DNA of 64,000 nucleotides from an uncultured Actinomycetota bacterium (GTDB lineage Bacteria > Actinomycetota > Actinomycetes > JAHEKZ01). Shown here in pieces: positions 27,261 through 36,980 of the stretch. The notes under the pieces were generated by a model. The model saw only the letters and a program-made list of their open reading frames with translations. It searched no databases and was not told the DNA's origin. The DNA lies in contig CAVQYR010000001.1 of the NCBI GenBank assembly GCA_963718235.1, positions 1,344,001 to 1,408,000 of the forward strand, written 5' to 3'. Numbering within the stretch: position 1 is the first letter of the stretch; each line of letters begins with the position of its first letter. Both the position numbers and the translations under genes were made by a program.

Positions 27261-28343
27261 ATGACCCAGCCGACGGATGCACCAGCGGTCGACCTGGTCA
27301 ACTGGTCGTGTCCGCTCCCGCTGCGCGACTCGCCCCGGATCGTGATGGGGCACGGGGGCGGAGGTCGACTGTCCGCCGAGCTCGTGGAGCACCTGTTCGT
27401 GCCGGCCTTCTCCCCAGGCGACGACTCGGCCCTGGCCCGGCTCGGTGACTCCGCGGTCGTCCCGGTCGGGGCCCAGCGCCTGGCTGTCACCACCGACTCC
27501 TACGTGGTGCGACCACGGTGGTTCCCCGGGGGCAGCATCGGCGACTTGGCGGTGAACGGCACGGTCAACGACCTCGCGATGATGGGTGCCCGACCGTTGT
27601 ACCTGACCGTGGGGTTCATCCTCGAGGAGGGTCTGGAGGTTGCCGAGCTGGGGCGGATCGTCGAGGTCATGGGCCACGCGGCCCGTGAGGCAGGGGTGAC
27701 CATCGTCGCGGGCGACACCAAGGTGGTCGACGCCGGTCATGGCGACGGGGTGTACGTCAACACCGCCGGCGTCGGGGTCGTTGCGAACGAGGTCGCCATC
27801 GGCCCTGAGCGGGCCCGACCCGGTGACGTCGTGATCGTGAGCGGACCGATCGGCATGCATGGCATCGCCGTGCTCAGTGTTCGCGACGGGCTGGAGTTCG
27901 GCAGCGAGATCGCCTCGGACAGCGCACCGCTGGGCGGGCTCGTCGCCCAGCTGGTCGACGCTGGCGTCGACCTGCACGTGCTGCGCGACCCGACGCGTGG
28001 CGGCCTGGCTGCCACGCTCAACGAGATCGCGGTCGCCTCAGCGGTGGGCGTGGCGATCGAGGAACGGCTGGTCCCGGTGCCCGACGACGTTCGGGCTGCC
28101 TGCGGCTTCCTGGGTCTCGATCCCCTGTACGTGGCGAACGAGGGCAAGCTGGTGGCGTTCGTCGCACCGCAGGACGCCGAGCGGGCACTGGGGCTCATGC
28201 GGGCTCATCGATACGGACAGGACGCCACGGTGATCGGTGAGGTGACCGGCGACCACCCGGGTCTTGTGGTGGCCCGCACGGGCATCGGCGGCACCCGCGT
28301 CGTCGACCTGCCCCTGGCCGAGCAGCTGCCGCGGATCTGCTGA
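27261..28343 (+). CDS. hypE: Carbamoyl dehydratase HypE
   Basis: MGHGGGG, TTDSYVV, NGTVNDLAM, RDPTRGG, C-terminal LPRIC. Confidence 0.96.
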   Translation: MTQPTDAPAVDLVNWSCPLPLRDSPRIVMGHGGGGRLSAELVEHLFVPAFSPGDDSALARLGDSAVVPVGAQRLAVTTDSYVVRPRWFPGGSIGDLAVNGTVNDLAMMGARPLYLTVGFILEEGLEVAELGRIVEVMGHAAREAGVTIVAGDTKVVDAGHGDGVYVNTAGVGVVANEVAIGPERARPGDVVIVSGPIGMHGIAVLSVRDGLEFGSEIASDSAPLGGLVAQLVDAGVDLHVLRDPTRGGLAATLNEIAVASAVGVAIEERLVPVPDDVRAACGFLGLDPLYVANEGKLVAFVAPQDAERALGLMRAHRYGQDATVIGEVTGDHPGLVVARTGIGGTRVVDLPLAEQLPRIC

Positions 28344-28368
28344 GGTCGGCCGCCCGTCAGTCGGTGTG

Positions 28369-29292
28369 TCAGTCCTTGTGCTTCTTCTTGGCGGCGTGGT
28401 CCTCCTCGACCCTTCCGGCGTGGTTGGGCACGTAGAGGAACTCCTCGCGGGGCGGACGCTGGTAGCCGCGAGGGGCCGGCCGGGGCGGCAGGGCCAGGGC
28501 CGGGCGGCGCTCCTCGTGGTAGGGCAGCGTCGACAGGAGGTGGGCGATCACGTTGACCCGGGCGCTTCTCTTGTCGTCGGCCTCCACGACGTTCCACCGG
28601 GCCTCGGGGATGTCGGTGTGGACGAACATCTCGTCCTTGGCCCGGGAGTAGTCCTCCCAGCGGGTGATCGACTCGAGGTCCATCGGCGACAGCTTCCAGC
28701 GCCGCATCGGGTCCTCCAGCCTCGAGCGGAACCGGCGCTCCTGCTCGGCGTCGCTCACGCTGAACCAGTACTTGCGCAGCTGGATCCCGTCCTCGACCAG
28801 CATCCGCTCGAAGATCGGCGCCTGGTGCAGGAACCGCCGGTACTCCATGTCCGTGCAGAAGCCCATGACCCGCTCGACGCCGGCCCGGTTGTACCAGCTG
28901 CGGTCCAGGAGCACGATCTCGCCAGCCGCGGGCAGCTCCTCGACGTAGCGCTGGAAGTACCACTGGGTGCGCTGGCGCTCGGTGGGCGCCGGGAGGGCTG
29001 CGATCCGGGTGATCCGGGGGTTCAGGAACTGCGCGATCCGCTTGATCGTGCCGCCCTTGCCCGCAGCGTCCCGGCCCTCGAAGACGACCACGAGGCGCTG
29101 CCCCTCGGTGCGCACCCACTCCTGCATCGTGACGAGCTCGGACTGCAGCCGGAAGAGCTCCTTCTCGTAGAGCTTCTTCGGCATCCGGGACGGGATGTCC
29201 TCCGGGTCACCGGGCCCGTCGCCGTTCAACGGTTCGTCGACGAAGCCCTCACCGGGGTCGAAATGCCTGCTGTGCTCGCTCCTGGTCACCAC
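28369..29292 (-). CDS. ppk2: Polyphosphate kinase 2
   Basis: FEGRDAAGKGG Walker A, DRSWYNRAGVERVMGFC, WKLSPMDLES. Confidence 0.95.
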   Translation of the reverse strand: MVTRSEHSRHFDPGEGFVDEPLNGDGPGDPEDIPSRMPKKLYEKELFRLQSELVTMQEWVRTEGQRLVVVFEGRDAAGKGGTIKRIAQFLNPRITRIAALPAPTERQRTQWYFQRYVEELPAAGEIVLLDRSWYNRAGVERVMGFCTDMEYRRFLHQAPIFERMLVEDGIQLRKYWFSVSDAEQERRFRSRLEDPMRRWKLSPMDLESITRWEDYSRAKDEMFVHTDIPEARWNVVEADDKRSARVNVIAHLLSTLPYHEERRPALALPPRPAPRGYQRPPREEFLYVPNHAGRVEEDHAAKKKHKD

Positions 29293-29388
29293 GCCTCACT
29301 TCGTTCACCGACCGTTTACCTGGGAGCGAATGTAGTGGTCGGGCCGGAGGTGCGCAGGACACCCACCGGATCCGCCCACGTCTGGGGG

Positions 29389-32124
29389 TCAGGCGTCGCC
29401 CATCCCGGCCCCAGGATCGGCGGCGCGCACGTCACCCAGCTGGTAGGCGTCGAAGGCCTTCTTCGTGGTGCCCGGGTCGACCTCACCCCGACGCTCCAGC
29501 TCCTGCAGCGCGCGCACGGTGATCGACTCGGCATCGACCCGGAAGTGCCGACGCAGGGCGCCGCGGGTGTCGGAGAGCCCGAACCCGTCGGTGCCCAAGG
29601 TGGCGTAGTCGCCGGGGACCCACGGCCGGATGAGCTCCTGGACGGCGCGCATGTAGTCCGACACGGCCACGACCGGGCCGGGTCGCCCGGACAGGCTTCG
29701 GGCCACGAAGGCGGTTCGCCGCTCCTGGTCGGGGTTCATCAGGTTCCACGCGTCGGCGTTCAGCCCGTCGCGGTGCAGCTCGGTCCACGAGGTGACCGAC
29801 CACACGTCGGCGGACACGCCCCACTCCTCGGCGAGCAGCTGCTGGGCGCGCAGCGCCCACGGCATGGCCGAGCCACTCGCGAGCAGCTGAGCCTGCGGGC
29901 CTCCGAGGGGGACCGCGGGACGGTACAGGTAGAGACCTCGCAACAGCCCGTAGACGTCGAGGTCCGGGGGCTGTGCCGGCTGGTGGATCGGTTCGTTGTA
30001 CGCCGTCAGGTAGTAGTAGACGTTCTCGCTGTCCGGCCCGTACATGCGCCGCAGCCCGTCCTGGACGATGTGCCCGACCTCGAACGCGAACGACGGGTCA
30101 TAGGCGAGCACGGCCGGGTTGGTGGCGGCGAGCAAGTGGGAGTGGCCGTCCTCGTGCTGGAGCCCTTCGCCGTTCAGCGTGGTGCGTCCGGCCGTGGCAC
30201 CGATCAGGAAGCCACGGGTCATCTGGTCCGCGGCTGCCCAGAACTCGTCGGCGGTGCGCTGGAACCCGAACATCGAGTAGAAGATGTACACGGGGATCAT
30301 CGGCTCGTCGTGCGTGGCGTACGAGGTGCCAGCCGCGATGAACGAGGCGGCGGACCCGGCCTCGTTGATCCCCTGGTGCAGGATCTGGCCGTCCTTGGCC
30401 TCCTTGTAGGACAGCATCAGCTCGCGGTCGACCGACAGGTACGTCTGACCGTGCGGGTTGTAGATCTTCTGCACGGGGAACATCGCGTCCATGCCGAAGG
30501 TGCGCGCCTCGTCGGGGATGATCGGGACGATCCGGGGCCCGATCACGGGGTCCTTCAGCAGGTCCTTGACCAGCCGCACGAAGGCCATGGTCGTGGCCAC
30601 CTGCTGCTTGCCCGAGCCGCGGCGCACCACCTCGTACACCGGGTCGGCCGGCAACGTGAGCGGCCGGCTGGTGCCCTGCCGACGAGGGACGAACCCCCCG
30701 AGAGCGGCCCGGCGCTCGTGCAGGTAGCGCGCGACGTCGCTGTCCGCGCCCGGGTGGTAGTACGGCGGCAGCTTGGCGTCGAGGTGCTCGTCGTCGATCG
30801 GGATCTGCAGTCGGTCGCGGAACGCCTTCAGGTCGTCGAGGCCGAGCTTCTTCATCTGGTGGGTCGAGTTGCGTCCCTCGAAGTGCGATCCGAGCGTGTA
30901 GCCCTTGATCGTCTTGGCGAGGATGACCGTCGGCTGGCCCTTGTGCTCCACGGCTGAGAGGTAGGCGGCATAGAGCTTTCGGTAGTCGTGCCCGCCCCGC
31001 CTGAGCTTCCAGATCTCGTCGTCGCTCATCGACTCGACGAGCCGGCGCGCGCGGGGGTCGCGGCCGAAGAAGTTCTCGCGGATGAAGGCGCCGTCTTCGG
31101 CCTTGAACGTCTGGAAGTCGCCGTCGGGCGTGGTGTTCATGATGTTCACCAGGGCTCCGTCGGAGTCCTGGGCCAGCAGCGGGTCCCAGTTACGGCCCCA
31201 GATGACCTTCACCACGTTCCAGCCGGCGCCGCGGAAGTAGGCCTCCAGCTCCTGGATGATCTTGCCGTTGCCACGGACCGGGCCGTCGAGACGCTGCAGG
31301 TTGCAGTTGATGACGAACGTGAGGTTGTCCAGCTCCTCCCGGGCGGCGAGACCGATGGCCCCGATCGACTCGACCTCGTCCATCTCGCCGTCACCGAGGA
31401 ACGCCCACACACGCTGGTCGGTGGTGTCCTTGATGCCGCGGTTGTGCAGGTACCGGTTGAACTGCGCCTGGTAGACCGCGTCGAGCGGTCCGAGTCCCAT
31501 GGATACCGTCGGGAACTCCCAGAAGTCCGGCATCAGCCGTGGGTGCGGGTACGACGACAGCCCACCGCCTGGGTGGGACAGCTCCTGACGGAAGCCGTCC
31601 AGCTGATGCTCGGTCATCCGACCCTCGAGGAACGCCCGCGCGTAGATGCCCGGGGCGGCATGACCCTGGAAGTAGACCTGGTCACCGCCGCCGGGGTGTT
31701 CACGCCCACGGAAGAAGTGGTTGAAGCCGACCTCGTACAGGGAGGCGCTGGAGGCGTAGGTCGAGATGTGCCCGCCGACTCCCACACCTTCGCGCTGGGC
31801 CCGGTGGACCATGATCGCGGCGTTCCAGCGGATGTAGGCGCGGATGCGCCGCTCGACCCACTCGTCGCCGGGGAACCACGGCTCCTGGTCGGGTGTGATC
31901 GTGTTGATGTAGTCGGTCGTGGTGAGCGACGGGACGCCGACGTTCCGCTCGCGGGCCCGTTGCAGGAGGCTGAGCATCAGGTAGCGAGCCCGGTAGGCCC
32001 CCTGGTCGTCGATCACCGAGTCGAGGGAGTCGCGCCACTCCGCGGTCTCTTCCGGGTCGACGTCGACCAGCTGGGTGGGGAGGCCGCTGCTGATCAGCGG
32101 GGGTCGCTCACGTCCGTCGGTCAC
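29389..32124 (-). CDS. aceE: Pyruvate dehydrogenase E1, homodimeric type
   Basis: [53 protein letters not shown]; GTG start with GAAGGGAG RBS. Confidence 0.97.
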   Translation of the reverse strand: MTDGRERPPLISSGLPTQLVDVDPEETAEWRDSLDSVIDDQGAYRARYLMLSLLQRARERNVGVPSLTTTDYINTITPDQEPWFPGDEWVERRIRAYIRWNAAIMVHRAQREGVGVGGHISTYASSASLYEVGFNHFFRGREHPGGGDQVYFQGHAAPGIYARAFLEGRMTEHQLDGFRQELSHPGGGLSSYPHPRLMPDFWEFPTVSMGLGPLDAVYQAQFNRYLHNRGIKDTTDQRVWAFLGDGEMDEVESIGAIGLAAREELDNLTFVINCNLQRLDGPVRGNGKIIQELEAYFRGAGWNVVKVIWGRNWDPLLAQDSDGALVNIMNTTPDGDFQTFKAEDGAFIRENFFGRDPRARRLVESMSDDEIWKLRRGGHDYRKLYAAYLSAVEHKGQPTVILAKTIKGYTLGSHFEGRNSTHQMKKLGLDDLKAFRDRLQIPIDDEHLDAKLPPYYHPGADSDVARYLHERRAALGGFVPRRQGTSRPLTLPADPVYEVVRRGSGKQQVATTMAFVRLVKDLLKDPVIGPRIVPIIPDEARTFGMDAMFPVQKIYNPHGQTYLSVDRELMLSYKEAKDGQILHQGINEAGSAASFIAAGTSYATHDEPMIPVYIFYSMFGFQRTADEFWAAADQMTRGFLIGATAGRTTLNGEGLQHEDGHSHLLAATNPAVLAYDPSFAFEVGHIVQDGLRRMYGPDSENVYYYLTAYNEPIHQPAQPPDLDVYGLLRGLYLYRPAVPLGGPQAQLLASGSAMPWALRAQQLLAEEWGVSADVWSVTSWTELHRDGLNADAWNLMNPDQERRTAFVARSLSGRPGPVVAVSDYMRAVQELIRPWVPGDYATLGTDGFGLSDTRGALRRHFRVDAESITVRALQELERRGEVDPGTTKKAFDAYQLGDVRAADPGAGMGDA

Positions 32125-32261
32125 GCCGGCTCCCTTCGTGTCGTCCAGTGGGGCACTGAACGCACGAGCCAGACTACGCCGAGCCGATGGTCCCTTGCCG
32201 ATCCGGCGCCGGCACGACACCGTAGGAGGAGAAGCCCGAGAACTACGGAAGGAGCAGGGTC

Positions 32262-32447
32262 ATGCAGGCGAAGGTTGGAGACACCCTGATCGTCCATGCG
32301 AACCACACCGGAGAGCCCGACCGGTCCGCCGAGGTCCTCGAGGTCCACGGCGACGACGGGGCCCCACCCTTCCTGGTGAGGTACGACGACGGGCACGAGG
32401 CCCTGGTGTTCCCGGGTCCCGACGCCGTCGTCCACCACACGGGCTGA
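32262..32447 (+). CDS. DUF1918 family protein
   Basis: MQAKVGDTLIVH...GAPPFLVRYDDGHEALVFPGPDAVV; AAGGAG RBS. Confidence 0.85.
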   Translation: MQAKVGDTLIVHANHTGEPDRSAEVLEVHGDDGAPPFLVRYDDGHEALVFPGPDAVVHHTG

Positions 32448-32453
32448 CCCCCG

Positions 32454-32876
32454 GTGCACTCCCGAGTCCTCGAGGTCGCCACGGGTGAGGGAGAGGTCGT
32501 CGTCGACCTGACCTCGCGCTGCGAGGACTTCCTGGCCGACGTAGGAGCCGCGGACGGGCTGCTTCACGTCTTCGTCCCCCATGCGACGGCCGGTGTCGCT
32601 GTCATCGAGACCGGGGCAGGAAGCGACCACGACCTGCTCGGGGCCCTCGGCGCGCTCCTCCCGGCGTCGGGACCGGGCCGGAGCAGTTGGCGGCACCAGC
32701 ACGGCAGCCCGGGCCATGGGCGCGACCATGTCGTACCGGCGTTCCTGGCCCCGTTCGCGGTCCTCCCGGTGCTCCAGGGTCGCCTGGCGCTGGGCACCTG
32801 GCAGAGCGTCACCCTGGTCGACACCAACGGGGACAACCGGCGTCGAAGCGTCCGGCTGTCGTACCTCGCCGGCTGA
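32454..32876 (+). CDS. yjbQ: YjbQ/UPF0047 family protein
   Basis: HVFVPHATAG, HGRDH, LALGTWQSV. Confidence 0.9.
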   Translation: MHSRVLEVATGEGEVVVDLTSRCEDFLADVGAADGLLHVFVPHATAGVAVIETGAGSDHDLLGALGALLPASGPGRSSWRHQHGSPGHGRDHVVPAFLAPFAVLPVLQGRLALGTWQSVTLVDTNGDNRRRSVRLSYLAG

Positions 32877-33013
32877 GCGACCCGTCGTCGCGCAACGCGG
32901 ACCCCGTCGAATCGGCCGAAATGCTTGCGCCGGGGCCCCGGACCGGATGGACTACCCCGGACGGGCCCGAGCGGGTCCTCGTTCCAGCAGTTTCGATTGA
33001 TGGGGAGACACCG

Positions 33014-33445
33014 GTGAGCGCGACCGCCGCGGACGCGGACGGCCAGCGAAGCCTGGCAGACAAGCTGGGGTTCGCTTTGGAGGACGTCGTGCTCGAGCTC
33101 GGCTACGACGACGACTGCGATGAGGAGCTCCGCGCCGCCATCGCGACCGCGATCGGCGTACCGATGCTGGACGAGGACCACGACGACTTCGTCGACACCG
33201 TCGTTCTGTGGTGGCGCGACGACGACGGTGACCTCGCCGACGCACTGGTCGACGCGCTGTCCTCGCTCGGGTCGGGCGGGGTGATCTGGCTGCTGACCCC
33301 CAAGGCCGGCCGGGACGGGCATGTCGAACCCAGTGACATCGGGGAGGCCGCGCCCACCGCGGGGCTGTCCGCGACCAAGAGCACGAGTGCGGCGCGTGAC
33401 TGGTCGGGGACCAGGCTCGTCGCCCCCAAGGTCACCCGACGCTGA
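33014..33445 (+). CDS. DUF3052 family protein
   Basis: ELGYDDDCDEELR, WWRDDDGDLADAL, IWLLTPKAGRDGHVEPSDIGEAAPTAGL; conserved neighbour of aceE. Confidence 0.9.
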   Translation: MSATAADADGQRSLADKLGFALEDVVLELGYDDDCDEELRAAIATAIGVPMLDEDHDDFVDTVVLWWRDDDGDLADALVDALSSLGSGGVIWLLTPKAGRDGHVEPSDIGEAAPTAGLSATKSTSAARDWSGTRLVAPKVTRR

Positions 33446-33461
33446 GCGTCGGACCGTCTGC

Positions 33462-33920
33462 CTACAGCTCGGCGAGGGTCTTCTCGTACGCACCCGGGTC
33501 TCTGGCGTCGTCGATCGACTTGACGATGGTGAAGCGGACGGTGCCCTGCTTGTCGACGATGAAGGTGCCTCGGATCGCCACTCCGGCGTCCTCGTGGAAG
33601 ACCCCGTACGTGCGCGCAATGGCACCGTGGGGCCAGAAGTCGCTCAGCAGCGAGAAGGTGTAGCCCTCACGCTCGGCGTAGATGCGCAGGCTGTACCGGG
33701 AGTCGCAGGAGATGACGAGGGTGACCGTGTCGTCGTTGTCGAACGAAGCGATCCGGTCTTGGATCTCGCCCAGCTCACCGGTGCAGGTACCGGTGAAGGC
33801 CCAGGGGTAGAAGACAATGACGACGTTCTTCTCCCCGCGGTAGCTGCTCAGGGTGACGGGCTCGCCGTGCTGGTTGCGAAGGGTGAAGTCCGGGGCTTGT
33901 TGACCGACCTCGACGCTCAT
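33462..33920 (-). CDS. ahpE: Peroxiredoxin, AhpE-like
   Basis: APDFTL, FYPWAFTGTCTGEL (PxxxTxxC), LLSDFWPHG, RGTFIVDKQG. Confidence 0.88.
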   Translation of the reverse strand: MSVEVGQQAPDFTLRNQHGEPVTLSSYRGEKNVVIVFYPWAFTGTCTGELGEIQDRIASFDNDDTVTLVISCDSRYSLRIYAEREGYTFSLLSDFWPHGAIARTYGVFHEDAGVAIRGTFIVDKQGTVRFTIVKSIDDARDPGAYEKTLAEL

Positions 33921-34160
33921 GAGATCTCCTCGACGTGACGGGGGGTGGCTCCCCAGTCAAGCAGCCAGGCGAAGGCCACGCACGGCCGGAGCGTCTGGGA
34001 GGTGAACAACGTCGGACCTAGGTCCCGAAGGAGGGGACCAATGCTCCCTTACGACGGGTCGTTGACCGGTCAACACTTGACCCATCGCGGGACACCATCC
34101 CGCACCGCCCTTCCTGGCCGCCGGCTAACCCGGAGGCCACCGGACTCCACGAGGTGAGTC

Positions 34161-34778
34161 ATGGCCACACAGACCGCAGCAACCACCACCACAGAATCGA
34201 AGTCCTGGTACCGCGGCTTCGCGACGTCGCCTGCCGCGCACGTGTTCGCGGGGATCAGCCGTATCCTGCTCGGCTTGGTCTTCCTCTGGGCCTTCCTGGA
34301 CAAGACCTTCGGCCTGGGCTGGGCCACCCCGTCCGAGGAAGCCTGGAAGTTCGGCGCCGGAGACGGCAGCCCCACCTACGGGTTCCTGGCCTTCGCCACC
34401 AACCCGGACAGCCCGCTGAGCGGTGTGTGGAGCAGCTTCGCCGATGCCGCTGAAGGCAACCCCAACGCGTGGACGAACTGGCTGTTCATGGCCGGACTGC
34501 TCGGCGTCGGCATCGCGCTGACGCTCGGCATCTTCATGCGGATCGGCTCCGTCTCGGCAGTGGCCATGCTCGCGCTCATGTGGCTCGCCGAGTGGCCCGT
34601 GACCAAGGTCCTGGACGAGTCCGGCCGCAACACCTTCAACGCCCCGATCCTCGACGACCACATCGTCTACGGCGTCGTCATCATCACGCTCATGCTGTTC
34701 GGCGCGGAGCGCTGGCTCGGCCTGGGCAAGTGGTGGGAGTCGCTGGGCTTCGTCAAGAAGCTTCCCTGGCTCGCCTGA
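34161..34778 (+). CDS. DoxX family membrane protein (thiosulfate:quinone oxidoreductase DoxD-like)
   Basis: RILLGLVFLWAFLDKTFGLG, GSPTYGFL, WLFMAGLLGVG, DDHIVY, GLGKWW. Confidence 0.85.
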   Translation: MATQTAATTTTESKSWYRGFATSPAAHVFAGISRILLGLVFLWAFLDKTFGLGWATPSEEAWKFGAGDGSPTYGFLAFATNPDSPLSGVWSSFADAAEGNPNAWTNWLFMAGLLGVGIALTLGIFMRIGSVSAVAMLALMWLAEWPVTKVLDESGRNTFNAPILDDHIVYGVVIITLMLFGAERWLGLGKWWESLGFVKKLPWLA

Positions 34779-34794
34779 CCACAACGGGCACGAT

Positions 34795-34826
34795 CCGAGG
34801 GGCCGCTCGTCCGGGCGGCCCCTCGG
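34795..34826 (+). terminator. Stem-loop terminator after the DoxX gene
   Basis: ccgaggggccgctc-gtcc-gggcggcccctcgg hairpin 17 nt after the stop. Confidence 0.6.
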
Positions 34827-34852
34827 CCTGCCCGGGTACTCTTCCGCCGTTC

Positions 34853-34924
34853 GGGCGTATAGCTCAGCGGTAGAGCTCTGGTCTTACAAACCAGCGGTCG
34901 TAGGTTCGATCCCTACTGCGCCCA
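34853..34924 (+). tRNA. tRNA-Val (TAC)
   Basis: Acceptor GGGCGTA/TGCGCCC; D arm AGCTCAGCGGTAGAGC; anticodon stem CTGGT/ACCAG with loop CT-TAC-AA; T arm GTAGG-TTCGATC-CCTAC. Confidence 0.97.
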
Positions 34925-34985
34925 CCGCGTTTGCGCAGGTCAGAGACGAGAGAACCCCCCCGGCGACCAACCGGAGGGGCAGGAC

Positions 34986-35004
34986 TCTCACAAGAGTCTC
35001 ACAG
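34986..35004 (+). repeat. Tandem TCTCAC repeats, putative integrase arm-type site (left)
   Basis: tctcacaagagtctcacag; same motif with the same 11-bp spacing at 36860-36878. Confidence 0.6.
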
Positions 35005-35015
35005 TAGGACAGCGG

Positions 35016-36157
35016 TCACCCGGACAGCAGCCGCGCCATGACCTCGGCTGCTGCCTGCTGCTCGGATCCGTGGGGTACGCCGTACGTGTCGCGCATGACC
35101 GTCTCGTTGTGACCGAGCCTGGCCGTGATCACCCCGTCAGGCAGCCCGGCAGCCCGCAACGTCTTGACCTGCGCGTGACGGGTCGCGTGGAGCCCGAGGT
35201 ACGGCACCCCGGCCCGCTGGCACAGCCGCCGCCACTCCGCCGTCAGGTACTCCGGTCGGATCGGTGACCCGTCCTCATGCGCGGCGAGCAGGTCGTCAGG
35301 TCCGAGACCGACACCGACAGCGAGCCGCTCGACCGCGTGCGCCTTCCGCATGGCCCGCAGCCGCTCGACAGTCACCGAGTCGAGGGCGACGACCCGCTGA
35401 CCGCGTTCGGTCTTGGTCGCGTTGTCGGTGAATGCGCCAGCAGCCCATACGCGGGACCGGGACACCGTGACCGTCCCGCCGTCGAGGTCCACGTCGGACC
35501 AGCGCAGCGCCAGGGTCTCCGACCGTCGCAATCCGAGCAGGACGAGCGCGAACACACCCGCGAGTCGGTCACCGTCGGCGGCGCGTGACAGTTCCCGGAC
35601 CTGCTCGACGGTGTACGCCTGTCGCTTGGCCGCTGCCGACCCTTCGGGGACACACCCTCGGCCACGTTGCTCGGTACGATCCGGCGGCGCACCCAGTACG
35701 TCAGGACCGCCCGCACAAGCGTCAGCGACAGCCCGACAGAACGCGCCGAGTGCGTGACGCTCATGCCGTCCACCATCGCCGCCACGTCGTCGTAAGTCAG
35801 GTCGGCGACTGGGCGAGGCCCGATCACCGCGTGGACGCGGGCGAGCGCATGCCGATAGCCCGAGAGTGTCGCTGGCCGCACGGCCTTGCGTCCGTGGTCG
35901 CCGCGTTCGACCCGTGCCAGGTATTCGTCGGCGAGGTCGGCGAACGTGACCCGCACCGGGGCGAGGTAGGTGCCTCGGGACAGGTCTGCCCGCACTTGCG
36001 CGACGTGCTGCCGCGCATCGGTCAGCGAGTGGTGTGTGGTCGTGACCTGCCGTCGCCGTTCACCGGGTCGGGACACGTCGAGAGTCACCCGGTAGCGCGG
36101 CGCTCCCGACTTCGTGGTCACGAGCCGGATCGGCTCACCCTTGCGCGGCTGTGCCAC
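35016..36157 (-). pseudogene. Tyrosine recombinase/phage-type integrase with a 1-bp frameshift near 35635
   Basis: N-terminal arm and core-binding region in ORF 35372..36352; catalytic domain (GLRRSE, TKT, LHATRH, RLGH, DTY) in ORF 35016..35555, in the -1 frame. Confidence 0.85.
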
Positions 36158-36397
36158 TCGTGCTTGGACTACTGGGGGGTCGTCGCCCGCCCTGAGGTGG
36201 AGGCGATGGTCGCCGACCTGTGCGCGGGCCGATGGTGAGGCAGCCCACCGTGCGACGGGGGGTGCGCGCTCACCGGCGGGAGTCGTCGAAACGTAGCCGC
36301 CCGTGTCGCCCGACCCTTGGGGCCTTAGGTCCCGAACAGCCCAGCGCCCCACCCCTGGATCTGTGGCAGGGTCTAGGCGGTGCCGCCACGATGGGCG

Positions 36398-36760
36398 TTA
36401 GTACTGCTCGCAGGTCTCGATCCCCTGTTGGATCTTGTCCTGGTCACGCTCGGAGAGTTGCAGGCCGCGCCAGGCGCTGCGTAGGAGTTGCTGGGCGTTC
36501 CAGAGCCGGAGCACTTCACGCGTCAGAGCCTTGTCGCCAGCTGCTTCCTCCCCTGCCAAGTCGAGGTTCCACACCTGTGCATAGCCCTCATCGAACGCTT
36601 CTCGATCCTTCGACTCATACCCCGTCGCCATCGTCCGAAGCCCATCGCAGGCGTCAGCCATGTACGACTCGTAGGCGCTGGAACACCCGCCAGCCGCCAA
36701 CACGATCACGGCAGCACTCATCAGACCGGCTAGCCGGCGCAGAGACTTCGATGCCCCCAT
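36398..36760 (-). CDS. Orphan predicted lipoprotein (120 aa), cargo of the integrative element
   Basis: Basic N-region, hydrophobic stretch and LAAGG-C lipobox-like site; two further Cys; less GC-biased codons and a TAA stop. Confidence 0.65.
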   Translation of the reverse strand: MGASKSLRRLAGLMSAAVIVLAAGGCSSAYESYMADACDGLRTMATGYESKDREAFDEGYAQVWNLDLAGEEAAGDKALTREVLRLWNAQQLLRSAWRGLQLSERDQDKIQQGIETCEQY

Positions 36761-36859
36761 TAACAGGAAACCCCTTGCGACGAACCCGGCTGCCATCCCG
36801 AAGCCAGAGATGATGCCACTTGTGCCCGCCGGTTTCACATGATCCACCGTAGAACGGAT

Positions 36860-36878
36860 TCTCACGGGAGTCTCACGG
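36860..36878 (+). repeat. Tandem TCTCAC repeats, putative integrase arm-type site (right)
   Basis: tctcacgggagtctcacgg, matching the left-arm motif. Confidence 0.6.
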
Positions 36879-36980
36879 ATGCCCCCGGATTGGGTTGGAC
36901 GGGACGGACTCCGACCCGGACTCCTGAGCGCGGGACGGACCACGCCGACACCTGCCGAACCCCTTGCCTGCGACTTACGG

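Noticed and set aside
28264-30957. 897-aa plus-strand ORF
   Set aside because: Antisense shadow of ppk2 and aceE.
35625-35650. Programmed -1 ribosomal frameshift in the integrase
   Set aside because: No X-XXY-YYZ slippery heptamer or evident stimulatory structure; mutation or sequencing error is simpler.
36160-36397. Excisionase or regulator gene inside the integrative element
   Set aside because: No ORF with an HTH/Xis-like pattern or convincing codon bias could be read here.
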